Part shown: positions 35,638 through 48,283 of the stretch, piece after piece
Layout: each line of letters begins with the position of its first letter
Numbering within the stretch: position 1 is the stretch's first letter
Origin: Ramazzottius varieornatus
Lineage: Eukaryota > Animalia > Tardigrada
Direction of reading: 5' to 3'
Length of the DNA stretch: 64,000 nt
Assembly (NCBI GenBank): GCA_001949185.1
Contig: BDGG01000005.1
Coordinates: 2,891,972 to 2,955,971, forward strand
Program-made: the position numbers and the translations under genes
Notes under the pieces: generated by a model
Seen by the model: only the letters and a program-made list of their open reading frames with translations
What the model was told of the DNA's origin: nothing
Databases searched by the model: none

Positions 35638-36414
35638 ATGGATCGACAAGATGCGCTGACTCGTCTGCGAAGTCTTCACGACCTCGAACGATGCCTCGGT
35701 CACCCGGCCTGCCAACTCAGCGACTGCGACAAAGGCAAGATCCTCATTGTGATCCTGGAAGCTAAAAGAGTCTGCGAGGGGCTGGCCCGCGGCTGCTGCC
35801 AGGGCCAGTGTCCGGACCAGCGCCAGATGGGCCCCTGGTGCCAACGATGTCCTCCCAACAGCTGCGAATGTCCGCCTGGATACAAAGGTGATCGTGGACA
35901 ACAGCCACAGCAGCAGTATAACTACGGACAACAACAAGGCTACGGAAACCAGTACCAGAAACCACAGCAAGGGCATCGCTCTTTCTATAACAACGGTAAC
36001 TCAAACCAGGGTAACTTTTGCGGTGGACGAGGACCCATGGAGCAGCAGAATTCCATGATGGATTTTGGGCAAGGCTTCGGACACAATCAAGATGTGCAGG
36101 AGTACAATCGTGGTCGTCACGGCACACGTGGTTTCGGTGGCGACTTCCATCCTGGTCAGATGGACGGACGTTATAGCAACGAAGGCAACAACCGGGACCA
36201 TAACAGCTACGGAGGAAGCTACAACGGGAGTCAGTACAATGAGCGACTGCATGAACTTGAGTCGAACGTGTCTAGCATGACTCTACACCAAGGGATGAAC
36301 AACCAGCGTCGCAAAACCAGGGACGCAACAGCAGTATGGCTCATTTGGTCGCGGAAAATAACCAACAGCAATGGTCAGTCTCGCAGTCAGTCCAGCCTTT
36401 TCCGCTCTTGTTGA
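35638..36414 (+). CDS. Cys-rich plus Q/N/G/Y-rich low-complexity ORF (possibly gag-derived)
   Basis: Open frame of about 258 aa from ATG 35638, with CxxC motifs followed by GQQPQQQYNYGQQQGYGNQY... and RGG-like stretches. Confidence 0.4.
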   Translation: MDRQDALTRLRSLHDLERCLGHPACQLSDCDKGKILIVILEAKRVCEGLARGCCQGQCPDQRQMGPWCQRCPPNSCECPPGYKGDRGQQPQQQYNYGQQQGYGNQYQKPQQGHRSFYNNGNSNQGNFCGGRGPMEQQNSMMDFGQGFGHNQDVQEYNRGRHGTRGFGGDFHPGQMDGRYSNEGNNRDHNSYGGSYNGSQYNERLHELESNVSSMTLHQGMNNQRRKTRDATAVWLIWSRKITNSNGQSRSQSSLFRSC

Positions 36415-36808
36415 TCAGTCGCAACGGCTTTTTGGCCCTGGACATGTTGTCTTCGATACTGTATATTCACCTCGTCATTTTTTCCGGTTCAAATTTGTAC
36501 GAGATGAAGATTTCTGAGTTCGCCAGCCTTATAACAAGTAAGACATTTGAAGGCCTATACTCCAGTAACAGGTGGCTAACTCAACAACCATTACCTCGTA
36601 CCGACACTTCCAAGGAGTTCAAGTTACCTTTATCCAACCGCTCAGGAAGCGTTTTCACGGCTTGCTACTTGACCAAAACTTACGATATTCGTCCATCTGA
36701 CTATGCGAATCTGCGGAATTCCAGAACTGAAATTAAATGAAAACAAAAAGAAAGAACAAAAAAATTGAAGCAAGAACCAAAAAGGATTTGTGTATCATGG
36801 TAGACTGT

Positions 36809-38809
36809 TTAGATATGGGAGCTATCCCATCCGGACGAGGTGCGTATCTCCAGCGCACTGGGGGGCTTATGAATAGCCCGTACACTATCGTTTGTCATGG
36901 AAGTCTTGCCCAACGACGACGGACCCCGTAGATCATCCTGCGTCAGTCTCTTGAAGGTCTCGCCGAACATTGTTTGCTTCATCGGCCTGAAAGCCTTGGC
37001 TTGTCCCGGCACAATCGAGCTTACATCGGTCGTGCGGGTTATACTGCTACTGACATCATCCTTCTTACTGCTGCCATTCACCGACGAGTCCTTCATGGGT
37101 ATGACCCCGTTGTTGATGAAGTTCAGATACTCGGACTTCTTCCCAGGTGCGGCCACCGATGTCAGCGACCCGTGGAAGTCCGGGTTGGTATACGCCCAAG
37201 GGTTACGTTCCACATCGTCCAGGTACAGTTTAGTGGTGCGTGGCAGCCGTGTTAGGGTATAGTCATGGGCATCACCAAACTTCGTCGGGGTGGAGTCACC
37301 TGAGACAGAGAAAGCTCGACCTCTTCTTCGATGATACCTGATGAAGATGACAACGGCAATAATTAAGAGCACAAAGGCCCCGATTGCACCGATAATGATG
37401 TAGATGAAGGACTGGTAGACATGGTTGGGTGCGGTGCCCACTTCTAATCGAGATAAGACCAAACCCGGCTCCAGGAAACTGCGGTCGTCCGAACTAAGCT
37501 CACTGGCTCTGTACACCGTGCCCGACCAGATAAAATGAAAATCTGCATCTTGAAGTTTAGTGGCGATCGTGTCGAAGTTGAGATTGTGGGACCATGCCAC
37601 CGACAAGTTGACAATGATGTTACCACAAGTCAGCTCCCAGACACGCACGCGACCTGGGTGAATGTCAAGGAAGGAGGCGAAGTGGCCTTCGAAGGCCTTG
37701 ACAAAGTCGTTGGTGCTGTCTTGCGAACGTTCAATGTCGTCGCAGGTGTTGTTGAGGGAAAGCAGGAGGTGTGATGGGCGGGATGTGTTGAGGAGCTCAG
37801 AGCTGTCGTCGACCAAGTCGGGGTTCGTGACGCCACCTGATTCGATAAAGGGTAGGGTGGAGGTGGAGATGGTTTCGTCCATGGGAACTGAACGGTGGAA
37901 TTGTTTGTGAGTGGTGAGGGTAGTACGTGATACCGGTGGAGACAGTGGTAAACTTTTTGCCTTCGGCGCAGTTTGAGCGTTGGTTGGAGTTAAACTTCTA
38001 TTTCCGGTGACGATATGTGCTGTACTTTTGGGTACGACGATTGGAGTGCGGTGGTCGTTGACGGACACACTACCCGTTCCGGTTCCACTAAAGATCGCAC
38101 CGCGCTGTACGTTATTCGACTGATTAGTATCTACTGTGATGGTGGCTACGGCAGGAATGCTGTTAAATACGGGCTCGTGAAATTCTCTGTTGATTCTTTG
38201 ATTTTCGGGCGGAACTGGGTCATTGGGATTCTTGTTGGCAGCTGAGTTCGAGACCGGGGGAGAATTGGCTGTTTGAGGGAAAGCAGGGAACAAAGTGGTA
38301 TTGACTGGAGGTACGTGCCACCGGACATGACGGAATGCATCGTCCGCATTCTGAGCTTCTTTGTATTCCAGGTTGACACCGAACAAGGAAGCAGCTCGGA
38401 CCTTGTTGACGATATCTTTGGCAATGCGTTCCGCAGGACTCAGCGTTCGTATTGTGGGTGGTACGTCCAGTTTGTACAGGGTATCGTTCGTGGGAGACGA
38501 TGAGTAAAACAGTTCGGTGGAAAGTGCGGCTGATGTCACTGCAGGCGTTGTATTGCGTGACGTCGTCGCCGTGCCTGCTGTACTGAAAAGCGCGGTCCTT
38601 GACAAATCTGGTGTGGACTGGGTAGTGATGGCATCTCCTTCAAAGAAGTGTATCGACCCGGTGACAACTTGTCCAGAAGGATTATGTTCGTTGAGATCAT
38701 GGTTGAGAGATGAGGCGAGAGGAACGTCTGTGGTGGCGAATGCCGGTGATGAACGCTCAGCGATCGCGCCCGTATCTGAAAAGAAAGACAACATCAGAAC
38801 AACACTCAA
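36809..38809 (-). CDS. Mucin-like type I membrane protein with a SEA-like juxtamembrane domain
   Basis: 666-codon ORF: hydrophobic N-terminus, long S/T/P-rich ectodomain, a C...F..LDIHPGRVRVWELTCGNIIVNL segment (SEA-like), TM FIYIIIGAIGAFVLLIIAVVIFI, stop-transfer RYHRRRGR, and a cytoplasmic tail. The true start is uncertain. Confidence 0.75.
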   Translation of the reverse strand: MSVVLMLSFFSDTGAIAERSSPAFATTDVPLASSLNHDLNEHNPSGQVVTGSIHFFEGDAITTQSTPDLSRTALFSTAGTATTSRNTTPAVTSAALSTELFYSSSPTNDTLYKLDVPPTIRTLSPAERIAKDIVNKVRAASLFGVNLEYKEAQNADDAFRHVRWHVPPVNTTLFPAFPQTANSPPVSNSAANKNPNDPVPPENQRINREFHEPVFNSIPAVATITVDTNQSNNVQRGAIFSGTGTGSVSVNDHRTPIVVPKSTAHIVTGNRSLTPTNAQTAPKAKSLPLSPPVSRTTLTTHKQFHRSVPMDETISTSTLPFIESGGVTNPDLVDDSSELLNTSRPSHLLLSLNNTCDDIERSQDSTNDFVKAFEGHFASFLDIHPGRVRVWELTCGNIIVNLSVAWSHNLNFDTIATKLQDADFHFIWSGTVYRASELSSDDRSFLEPGLVLSRLEVGTAPNHVYQSFIYIIIGAIGAFVLLIIAVVIFIRYHRRRGRAFSVSGDSTPTKFGDAHDYTLTRLPRTTKLYLDDVERNPWAYTNPDFHGSLTSVAAPGKKSEYLNFINNGVIPMKDSSVNGSSKKDDVSSSITRTTDVSSIVPGQAKAFRPMKQTMFGETFKRLTQDDLRGPSSLGKTSMTNDSVRAIHKPPSALEIRTSSGWDSSHI

Positions 38810-41800
38810 AGCCAGAAGCCAGAATATGAAAGTTTCAGCGATCTCGGCAAATAAACTCGATCAGAGCGTTTTCTGCGGTGGCGCACGCTTCCGGCCAGCA
38901 TCAACGAGAAGGTGCGCCACTTGGCAAATCGATGTGGTCGACTTTGTTTGCTGAGCTTCCATCTGTTCCGTGGAACCTCCGTCGTATAGTATGCTGATTT
39001 CATAAACGACGTCCCCAGAATACAATTAAATAAAAAACCAGACTTCGATGCAAATAATAAGGCAATAGTTCTTCCGTGAGATTTCTGATGGAATGTATGC
39101 TACTGCACTGCACCGTAGAGAGACTGTTTGCATGTGTGCACATGACGTAAGTCTCATTTTTTTCTTCGGGGACTTTTTCGTGTGGGGCCAATTGGCCCAA
39201 TTGGCAGATTTTTGCAATGTACTATTTTGATAACAGAACATCTGACGACCATGATTTATGTACGAAAAAACAACTGTCGCGGTTTGGACTACGGCACAGT
39301 TTACACGAGTTTCCTCGTGTCGGATGTAATTTCGGCCCACATGCCCAGCCGGTTGTTCCGTCATCATCACCCACGCGATGGCGATGGTGTACAAAAAAAC
39401 CGCACACGGATCAGCGACCGTGTTATCTTGTTAATAAGAGAAGAGATGAAACCGAATATTTAGGTTACGGAAAAGTCTCACGTTGTGATGCATAACAAGA
39501 GCCAGCCACAAAAGTCTGATAGAAAAGGCGTACCTGTGATAACATTCTTGACCACCAGCAAGAAAATAATCATAATGCGCAAACGATCGTCCATGTTGGC
39601 AGCACAGTGGTGGCCTCTAATGATGAATGACGGACGACGGCAGGATGGTCCGCCGCTTGCACAACCAGGCGGCGTCTTTTGTCATCTGTCAGGAAAAATA
39701 TCAGTCAAAGTTATGTCCGATAACACCGCTGTGTTTCCAGTTCAAGATCACGTCAGTGTCACAACGCAAATGTAATCCGCGCCGATGAGTTCGCCGTCGT
39801 GCAACACAACAGATCCAAAGTACTATGTACAAACAAAAGAATGAAAATTAGATCAATCTTATATCTCACAGTCTTTCCTCCCTTTTTAACCGAACTTTCG
39901 AAAACAAGATCGTAATTACTAAGACTTTCCTGCAATCTGTACAGTTTTTCTACGAGTACCTCACCGTCCTGTTTGTCTTCATTGGCCGAAAATTAAACCG
40001 TACCAATATACTTGCGGATTTGCGGGTCGTCTGCCCATCTTTCTCAACCACAAGTATGCATGGGACGTGAACTCGGTCAGCTCTTTATCCCGAGTGACAC
40101 ACACACACAGTTTTCCAGTTTTCTTAGCCGGAAGTGCGCCACTTGGGAACAAGATCTCGTTCAATCCATTTTCAAACGTACCGCCCTTGAAACTATATAA
40201 AAAGCCAAATTCGAAAAAGTGGCATGAATCACATTTCAGTGGGGAAGCATGTTATCAAAAGTAATTACGGAAACAAAAATAGTATTTAACATTGGATAAG
40301 AAAAAGTGGAATCGTGGGATAACAATAGTCTAGTAGTCACGGAAAAGAAGCGGCGTACGCGCCGGTTCTTCACTGAGGGCAGGGGTGGTGGTTCTGGTTC
40401 GCGATGAGCAACCACGCGGAACAAATCTGTGTGTCAGAAGTAATCTCATTTGCTTACGGTGGGCATGCTTGCTGTGCGGGCGCAACAATGCAAAAAGTCA
40501 CCGTGATGGATATATATTTTCGATAATCTCGAGACAGTCTTCAGCGACAGATATCAATTGCCGGTAACAAGTAGGATAATCCCCGCTCACGGACACTCAT
40601 TGTCCGTCTCATATTTCCCTCAAGCTCACAGTTGCGCAGGCAATTTGCCTTTACAGCGCGTGGTTCATAGTGGATACCTCTTCCCACCAGGAAGCAGGGA
40701 TAAAAGAACGAAGGAGAAGTCACAGAGAACCCCGGATTTAAATGCCTCACGTTCGCTAAAGACCAGCATTCACAAGGCGGCTATTAGGTCTAATCTATCC
40801 AAAATTGTTAGAATAATTGCCCCTGTTATCGACAAGGACAATTTTTCTAAATTTTTCGTCTTCGCCTCAGGCGAATGGTTTGGTACAGGATGATCGACCC
40901 GGATGTCAAAAACTAGTCAATTTAATGGATCGTTTCTACTCTTATCCGCAAAGCTCGGGTCGTTTTCGGAGGTTTCTGAACGAATGCGTCATTCAACTTA
41001 CTGATGACTGTGTAATGGCTCATAACGCGGTAAGACAAAAACCCCATCAGAAAAACGCAGACGGTCGTAAGAAACTGAAGAACGGCTACACATTTTGTGC
41101 TTACCTCAACGACATAATCCTCGATAATAAGCAGACCGTCTGAAGAAGTATCATCTTGAGATGAGGCTGGTGAGGAAGAAAGTGTGTACTGGCCAGCTCT
41201 GCAAATGAGGCCGCCGTTATGCGTGTCGGCAAGTGGACAAGTTCACAGAACTTTGCGCAGCCGCTATAAATATGATAAGACGCATTCAAAGCTAGTCAAA
41301 GAGTAACAGTACGTGTATTGTGCAGGCAAGTTTAGTTAAAGAGATGGGCCACCTACACACACTTCAATCTGAGACGACGCCGCCAACACTCGTTCGACCA
41401 TCCGCCATCAGCCGGCAAAAACGTAGACTGGCCAGCAGGAAAAAGATAAATTATGTCAAGCGATGATTATTGAATTGTAAAACTTCCCGGTGGTGACCGA
41501 CTTGCACCAGTGACTGGACCTGAAACCAGGAAGCAACAGTGATCACCAATTATTAATAGAATCAATGAATGATTCATACTTTTTGCTCGAACATTTTTTG
41601 CCCGGAACTTATTTTCAAGATAAAACGTCCAATAGCTTAGAATGTAGGTAGAAGGAAGCCGGCACGGAAATATTCACCGGGCAAGGAAACACCCACCGGG
41701 TCTGTACACAGGTTTTAAAGGTGAAGAAACAGGTGTAAATCCCGCGCCGACCACCTCGTAGCTCTCTAATGAAGAATAAAAAGTCATCCATCGTCTCAAT

Positions 41801-43683
41801 TCAATCCAAAGATAAATTTTTACATTGATCGACGGATTTTTACAGGGAATTTGAAATTCTGTCAGAAGATTTGTACCAAATCGCGAAGCAGTCCGGCCCT
41901 TTTCTACCAATTAATCTTACCGTTGCAGGTACTGGTGACCAAATCTTCGAAGCAGAGAAGTCCTCGATGCAGTGCGCCAGTAAAGGACCCCACGGTTCGG
42001 AAGATCAAACTAGAAAGCAGATGTGAACAAAGAGTGGAATGGCGAGAAAGTGATAACTTTAAACGGTGGTCAAACCGTAAACTCTTCTCGAATGGCAGCT
42101 GATATACGATCAGCCAGAGTAATAAACCGTGTATTTCTAGAGAGCTGAGATCAGTCTGGTGAAACTGATGAAACTGACAATGCGCACTCGAGATCATACT
42201 GTATCTTTACGTACCTCACATTGTTGTCGAGAATGTCAAGAGCGACGCGAGATGCAGAGTAAGGTGCAACATCCGATCGAACACAGGCTTCGGCTTTCTC
42301 GCAGGCAATTTCACGTCTGAAACAAATTATCCCATTGAGAACACGCTGAACCTTCGTACGTACAGAATAGAGAAACCATTACCCTGATCGATACTGCCAT
42401 GAACTCCAATCTCGCGTTAGGCGGAGTCGATCAAACGATGACACCGTTTCTCGTACAGTGATAAGTTGTTCCTTGTTCGTTGCAACGAGAAATGAGTCAG
42501 GTAATCGATAATGATACTCACTTAAGCCCCAGGACGAGAATGGGAGAAAGATCGTCCGGATGTTCCTGGAAGAGAGACATGAATTGATATAAGGTAGGTC
42601 CGAGCTCGCTCTTCCATCCTGAAAAATCCCAGTCCTATAGAAAACTTGGGAGCTTAAAAGCTCCAAGGGACAAATTCAACGACGGAAGGACGACGCAATG
42701 TACGTGACTGAGATAAGGAAGTTTGAGTTCCCTTAGGCCTCAATCTGGGTCGACTTCGTCCTCGAACCAGTACGGGAGCTCGGCAAACCAACTCGACAAG
42801 CTCGATGACTGAGTGGCGCATGCTATCGTTTAATAACAGCGAGAACATGTGCCACTCACGGAGTTTGTCCTTACTTTTTTCGTCCAATTTTTTACCAAAG
42901 TTGGAAGTTTCTACAAATTTGGAGACCTCGGTCGCAGCGTTGGAGTTCATTTTAGGTACAGGTTTGAGTTGGGGGATTGTTTGCATTGTCTGTTTTGTGT
43001 TAATTGTTGCTTGTTCAACTTTTGCGGTTTTTCGAACTGAAGTGGAGCGTTACGGCGTTCCGTGTACCTAAACAGAGCATTATGAAACACGGAAAGTGCG
43101 GATGAGCGAGCAATCGGTGCGAGCGTGAGACTATGCTGATTAATTCAGCCTGGCAGACGAGAAACGAGCGGGAAACCCATGGCATGTTCTAGAATAACTT
43201 TGCCTGTGCGTTGTCCTTCTGTCCAGCCAACAGGCTAAAATAAACAGAAGACGCACTCCCAATGCCAACAGGAAGAACAGGAAAATCTAGTAAAACACGT
43301 CTGCAAACAGGGGATGATTGTCTTACATAAGAACGCTGACTTGCAAACAGGAAGGAAGACACTTCCTGTTGAAAGGCCGGAATTCGACAACGTTGCTGCG
43401 GGAGCACAACGAACGACGGATGTGACATGACTTACTGTTTACGATGTATTGATACATGAGGCCATGTAATGCGCGGCGACGACAGTTCGAAAACACACAC
43501 CAAACTGTTTTTGATTGATTTGTTATGACTACGGCACGATTATCACGATATAGCAATGCGGCCAACATCTCACGTCTTTGCAAACAAGGCTTCAGATTGT
43601 AGATAGGATTGATTGACTTCCATTTGATTGGACACATAGATATCTCTCTGTTTTACATTTTTCACAGAATTCTTTCGGGATCA

Positions 43684-45306
43684 ATGCTGTTTCGTAGGTA
43701 CCTTGGACTGCTGTGGATCAAGACAATGTCGACTTCGCTGCAGCCTCCAGCGAGTATCCGTGGGATGAAAGAGCTGGACCGCAACGCCTTCCAGAAAACC
43801 ATCGACATTCCTTGCCTTCGCACTCCTGCTCGGGCGTTACTTTTCCCGCCGGTGACAGCCACCTTGAGGAAATCGCTGCTCCGCCTACCAAAGATTAAGG
43901 CGTTTCAACCAGCTGAAACAGACGGGGAGAAGATAGTCTTACTTGATCCGGAGAAAGCACCGGCATGGGATAGCATCGATGGCCGAGATGTCCTTGAGCA
44001 GCATGGCTTGTCAGCTGAAGCCTTCCACCGGAGACAGATCTGCCTCTCCTATGCCAACTTTTCTCCCCATGAGATCCTGGTAGCTGTCCTCGGGGATTCC
44101 GCACCGAATGTGGCTGGCTTCAGTTCCGTTGGACATATCATACACCTGAACTTGAGGAGTGAACACGAACCTTACAAGAAGATAATCGGTCAGTCAACGG
44201 AAAAGCAAAATCAAAATTCAAAATTCTTTTCAAGCGGCACATGACGTCTGTAATCGCCCTACGTTACATCTGTGGTGCGTATCAGCACGCTAACGTCATT
44301 GCGGCTGGTTGCGGGTGCGCCAATCAACAATCAAGCCAGGGTCTGGCTTACTAACTCGGCTTCGATTGATTGTTGATGAGCTCGTCTGTCAGTCATTTCT
44401 TCCTTATGAGTTTCTCTGTTGACACGTTGGCTGCTGTTTTCAGGTCAAGTCCTCGTCGACAAGATTCCCACGTGTCGGACTGTCATCAACAAGATCAACC
44501 AGATCGAGAATGAGTACCGGAACATCAACTACGAAATCCTAGCTGGCGTCGACGATCTAACGACAGTGGTAAAAGAAAGCAACTGTTCCTTCCACCTCGA
44601 CTACAGTCAAGTCTACTGGAATCCTCGTCTGAGCACAGAACATGAACGACTCGTCAAAGAAGTGCCCTCTAACTGTGTCCTGTACGATGTCTTTGCCGGC
44701 ATCGGTCCTTTCGCCATTCCGGCAGCCAAGAAGAAATGCGAGGTCCTGGCCAACGACCTGAATCCCGTTTCTTACGAGTACTTGCTCAAAAACATCACAG
44801 TTAATAAAGTAAAAGATAGGGTACAGGCGTTCAATATGGATGGAAGAGATTTTATTCATGGACCTATGAAAGAAGATTTGTTGAGAAGGTGGAAAGACAA
44901 ACCGGAAGTCGTGACGCATGTTGTGATGAATCTGCCAGCGTTAGCTGCGGATTTTGTGGATGCGTTCAGAGAATTGTTCCACGACGTGAATCTCCCTGTT
45001 CCTGCTGGGCTTCCTGTTGTTCATGTTTATGCTTTTGAGAAGAATGAAGATAAAGACGGATTGCTGGAAAGAGTGAGGACCAATTTGAGATATGATTTGA
45101 AGAAAGAAGCTGTGACAAGGTTCTTCGTGAGACAAGTGGCGCCGTCTAAAGACATGGTGCGGTTACGATTCGAGCTTCCGTGGGAGCTCTTGACAGCAAA
45201 GCCCAAGAACTCAGTCATGGAATCTTCTTCTGAATATTTGACGAATGATTTGACATCTGTGGAACCAAATGTAAAGCGGCGGAAAGTTTTAGACGGTAAC
45301 CCATAA
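43684..45306 (+). CDS. TRMT5: tRNA (guanine(37)-N1)-methyltransferase (exons 43684-44188, 44444-45306)
   Basis: Motifs GFSSVGHIIHLNLR, VYWNPRLSTEH, DVFAGIGPFAIPAAKK, ANDLNP and HVVMNLP; the phase-1 GT-AG intron joins IIG|QVLVDK. Confidence 0.95.
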
Positions 45307-45500
45307 AATCCTACTAGATGTGACAGATTTCTATACGTGATAAATCGAGCAAACGATAATGGGTTCGCTGGCGGTATACAGATTCAACTCTACGCACAGT
45401 AGTTCTTAATCCGACCCATAACGACAAAAAAAATACAGGAAATACTTGGATAAACCATAAACAGAGTATAACCACCAAGATTGACTCAAGTTCTCCGACA

Positions 45501-46061
45501 TCACAAGTTCTCTTGAACTTCTGCTTGAAGACCTATTGGTCGACCCTTGATAATGTTCTCGTCCTCCCAGCTGTTGTGTTCCTCCGAATATCCGTGCCAT
45601 TTGATGAGATACTGGCGCCTTTCCCTGCATCCGACGATCCTCTCGATGATTTGATCTTCCGCCGAAGCCATATCTGTTTTCTCTACCGACGCGCCACCTC
45701 TGTCGAGTTCGTCCAATACGCTGCACGAATTTCCTGATTCATCGGCGTCTTTCTTGGTGGTCGAATCAGCTTCGGCTCCTCCGATGGTAGATATCACGAA
45801 GCCCTCGGATGTTAACGGGATATCGACGCCGGCATTTGAGACCGCAGCAATTGCCGAAGTATCCGGCTTGTAATGTTGTCCATCAGCCTTAAAAAATATC
45901 AACGATATCCTCTCCTCCCCCGGGATGATAGTTTGCCGAAGAGCGTGGCAGGTTGCTTGGTGGAAAAGAGCCTGCATTTCTAGGCGGTTTTGATTCATCG
46001 CTGACCTTTTCAAGCTATCGCCTTCACCGGCAGACCTTTGTAGTGATTTGGTCCTCCCCAT
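45501..46061 (-). CDS. Small single-exon chromodomain protein (186 aa)
   Basis: C-terminal IIERIVGCRERRQYLIKWHGYSEEHNSWEDENII is a chromodomain; no clear HTH in the N-terminal part. Confidence 0.7.
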   Translation of the reverse strand: MGRTKSLQRSAGEGDSLKRSAMNQNRLEMQALFHQATCHALRQTIIPGEERISLIFFKADGQHYKPDTSAIAAVSNAGVDIPLTSEGFVISTIGGAEADSTTKKDADESGNSCSVLDELDRGGASVEKTDMASAEDQIIERIVGCRERRQYLIKWHGYSEEHNSWEDENIIKGRPIGLQAEVQENL

Positions 46062-46965
46062 GTCAGACCAAAACGGCGAAGAGTGAGATCAGTCGTCTAT
46101 GACTGGTGGTCAACATGAATGGTCAACACGAAGGGTCTAAATGAAGGAAGGCCAGAAAATGAGCTGTTCGTTCGAAGAACCTAACAACCCCAATTCTCGT
46201 AAAGGCCGCAGGAACGGATCGCCACTCAGCGACTGTAGTAGACTTTGGAAGAAACAAGTGCAAAAGTTCGGATCCGGAATAGTTGAAGATCCGGTTCAAG
46301 TTTAGCGAAGGCTGTAAATGCGGACTTGTATAATTGTCGTATCCATTCAATGGCCATAACCCGGTAAAACGGTCGAACAACCACACAGTAGGACTTCACA
46401 TCGAAATTGTTACTCGATCGTAATACTTCTGGTACCATTCAAACAATACACGCGCCGGGACTAATTATGGGCCGCGAGAAAATTTTTGGTCACCGGCCGA
46501 AAGCGGCATCTCCCGGCTAGACTGACAATCAATCGAAGCGTTGCCGCTTTCGGCCGGTGACCAGAAACATTTTTCCCGACCAATATCCAGAACTGATGCT
46601 GTTCCCCCGAACAGTGATATCCACCGAGCGAAAACCCACAACTCAATGCCATAATGTCATATCTCACCGAAACCGACTTACTTGCTTCCTCCCTTTCAAG
46701 AATCTTGCCATTTTACGTACCTCGTACAGTGAAACATCATGACATTGTTCGCACGTTTTCGCGGCTTCAACTGTTGGTCACTGTCGCTTTAGTTTGAAGT
46801 GAAAGTATCAGATTCTCCCAACAAGAGCAGAATAGCTTCGCTAAAATGATAGTAAACTGTGGCACTGCCGCACAAAAAGCCGCAAAAACTTCGGTCGCCC
46901 AGTAGGTGACCGAGGTTTAGTGGGCGACGTCTACATAACTCAAAAGCCACCCAAATAGCGTACTT

Positions 46966-47749
46966 TTACTGTTCTTCCCTGCGGGGTCTGCAAAGCCCAT
47001 TGAAGATGTCTTCGTCTACCCACGTCGCTTCCTCTTTACTCTCGCCCTGCCACCTGACCAGAAAATGACGCTTGGTTCGCACATCCAATACCGCTTCCAC
47101 TTCCGGCTCTTCTGGCAGCGTCTCGGACAACGCAGAGTTCCCAATCTGGCGTAGCACAGGTTCTGCTTGGGAATCAGCTTCCAAGGAAGTACCTTCAGTT
47201 AAGCTCTCGTTCGCCATTTCTTCTATGCGTAGCTTGAGTGCTGAAGGATCAACCTTGTAAATTTTCGCCGTCTCCTCGATGTTAATTCCAAGGATCATCA
47301 CAGCGTCCACTGCATCCCTTGTGTACGGAACTTCTACCAGCTTCGGCGATTTATCGGGTCGAGATCTGCAGACGAACAAGCTACTGACCAGTCGAAACGC
47401 TTTCCTCGAAAGTGGAAAAAGTCATATGAATAAAAATGAGAGAAAAACGGAAATATCGCAATAAGCTGATTCGAAAATTCGATACCAGACTTGCTAGTTG
47501 CTACTGTCGTCGTTAACCTTACCGTTTGTGCAGGTTGTTAGATGGAGCAGTATCGGCTGAGATTTCCCGACGTTTGCTGTCACGGGGCCGCCTCGACTTG
47601 GCCACACGGATCGCACTGATTTCCGGTGACTGCGAAGGGGATCGTACACCATCGGTGAGGCTGGAACTGGGTTCGCTGGATGAGAGGTTCGACGAATAAC
47701 CATCGGAGCGGGCGGAATGCCTGAACAACGACTGAGCATGTGAAGCCAT
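46966..47749 (-). CDS. HTH(psq-like)x1-chromodomain protein, about 208 aa (exons 47749-47523, 47365-46966)
   Basis: Ser-rich exon 1 ends NNLHKR at a phase-2 GT. Exon 2 has HTH DAVDAVMILGINIEETAKIYKVDPSALKLRI and chromodomain EVEAVLDVRTKRHFLVRWQGESKEEATWVDEDIF. Confidence 0.75.
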
Positions 47750-48283
47750 GCGTGCTCATCGGAAGTTCCCTTTGTTTCAAAGGATCAGTCCAAAGTATGG
47801 AGAATACTCCTGCTTCGGTCAACCACCACACCCACCGAACGAAATGTATGACATGACGTCCAACTTGTCTTTCTTTCTAGTTACAAAGCGGGCTCTTTGC
47901 AAATGGAACGGGTTTTCTAAACAAAGAGCACTTCCGGAACAGCCCTGAATAGGCCTCTGTTTTGGAAATCCGCTTCTGCGTCAGTATATGTACTATTGTC
48001 ACTACGGTGAACGACCCGGTGTACTTGTAGCCGAACAAAGATAGTAAATCGCGCAGTCGCGTGTGCGCAGTCAACGAGAAATTTGTTGTTGGTTTATTCG
48101 TCTTCTTTTGAATATGCTACGAATTTTGAAGGAAGTGCAAGGATAACTTAATCAGTGGCATATTGTGGGTGGCGTGTCAGCGTATCAGGACACGAGCTCG
48201 TTAATACAAGAACTTGTTCGGTAACATGTTACGAACGTATGTAAACAAAATGAGAAAAGTTTGACGGTTATTCTGGACGACCT

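Noticed and set aside
36897-38954. Plus-strand ORFs over the mucin-like gene
   Set aside because: Antisense shadows of a long coding exon with no recognisable motifs.
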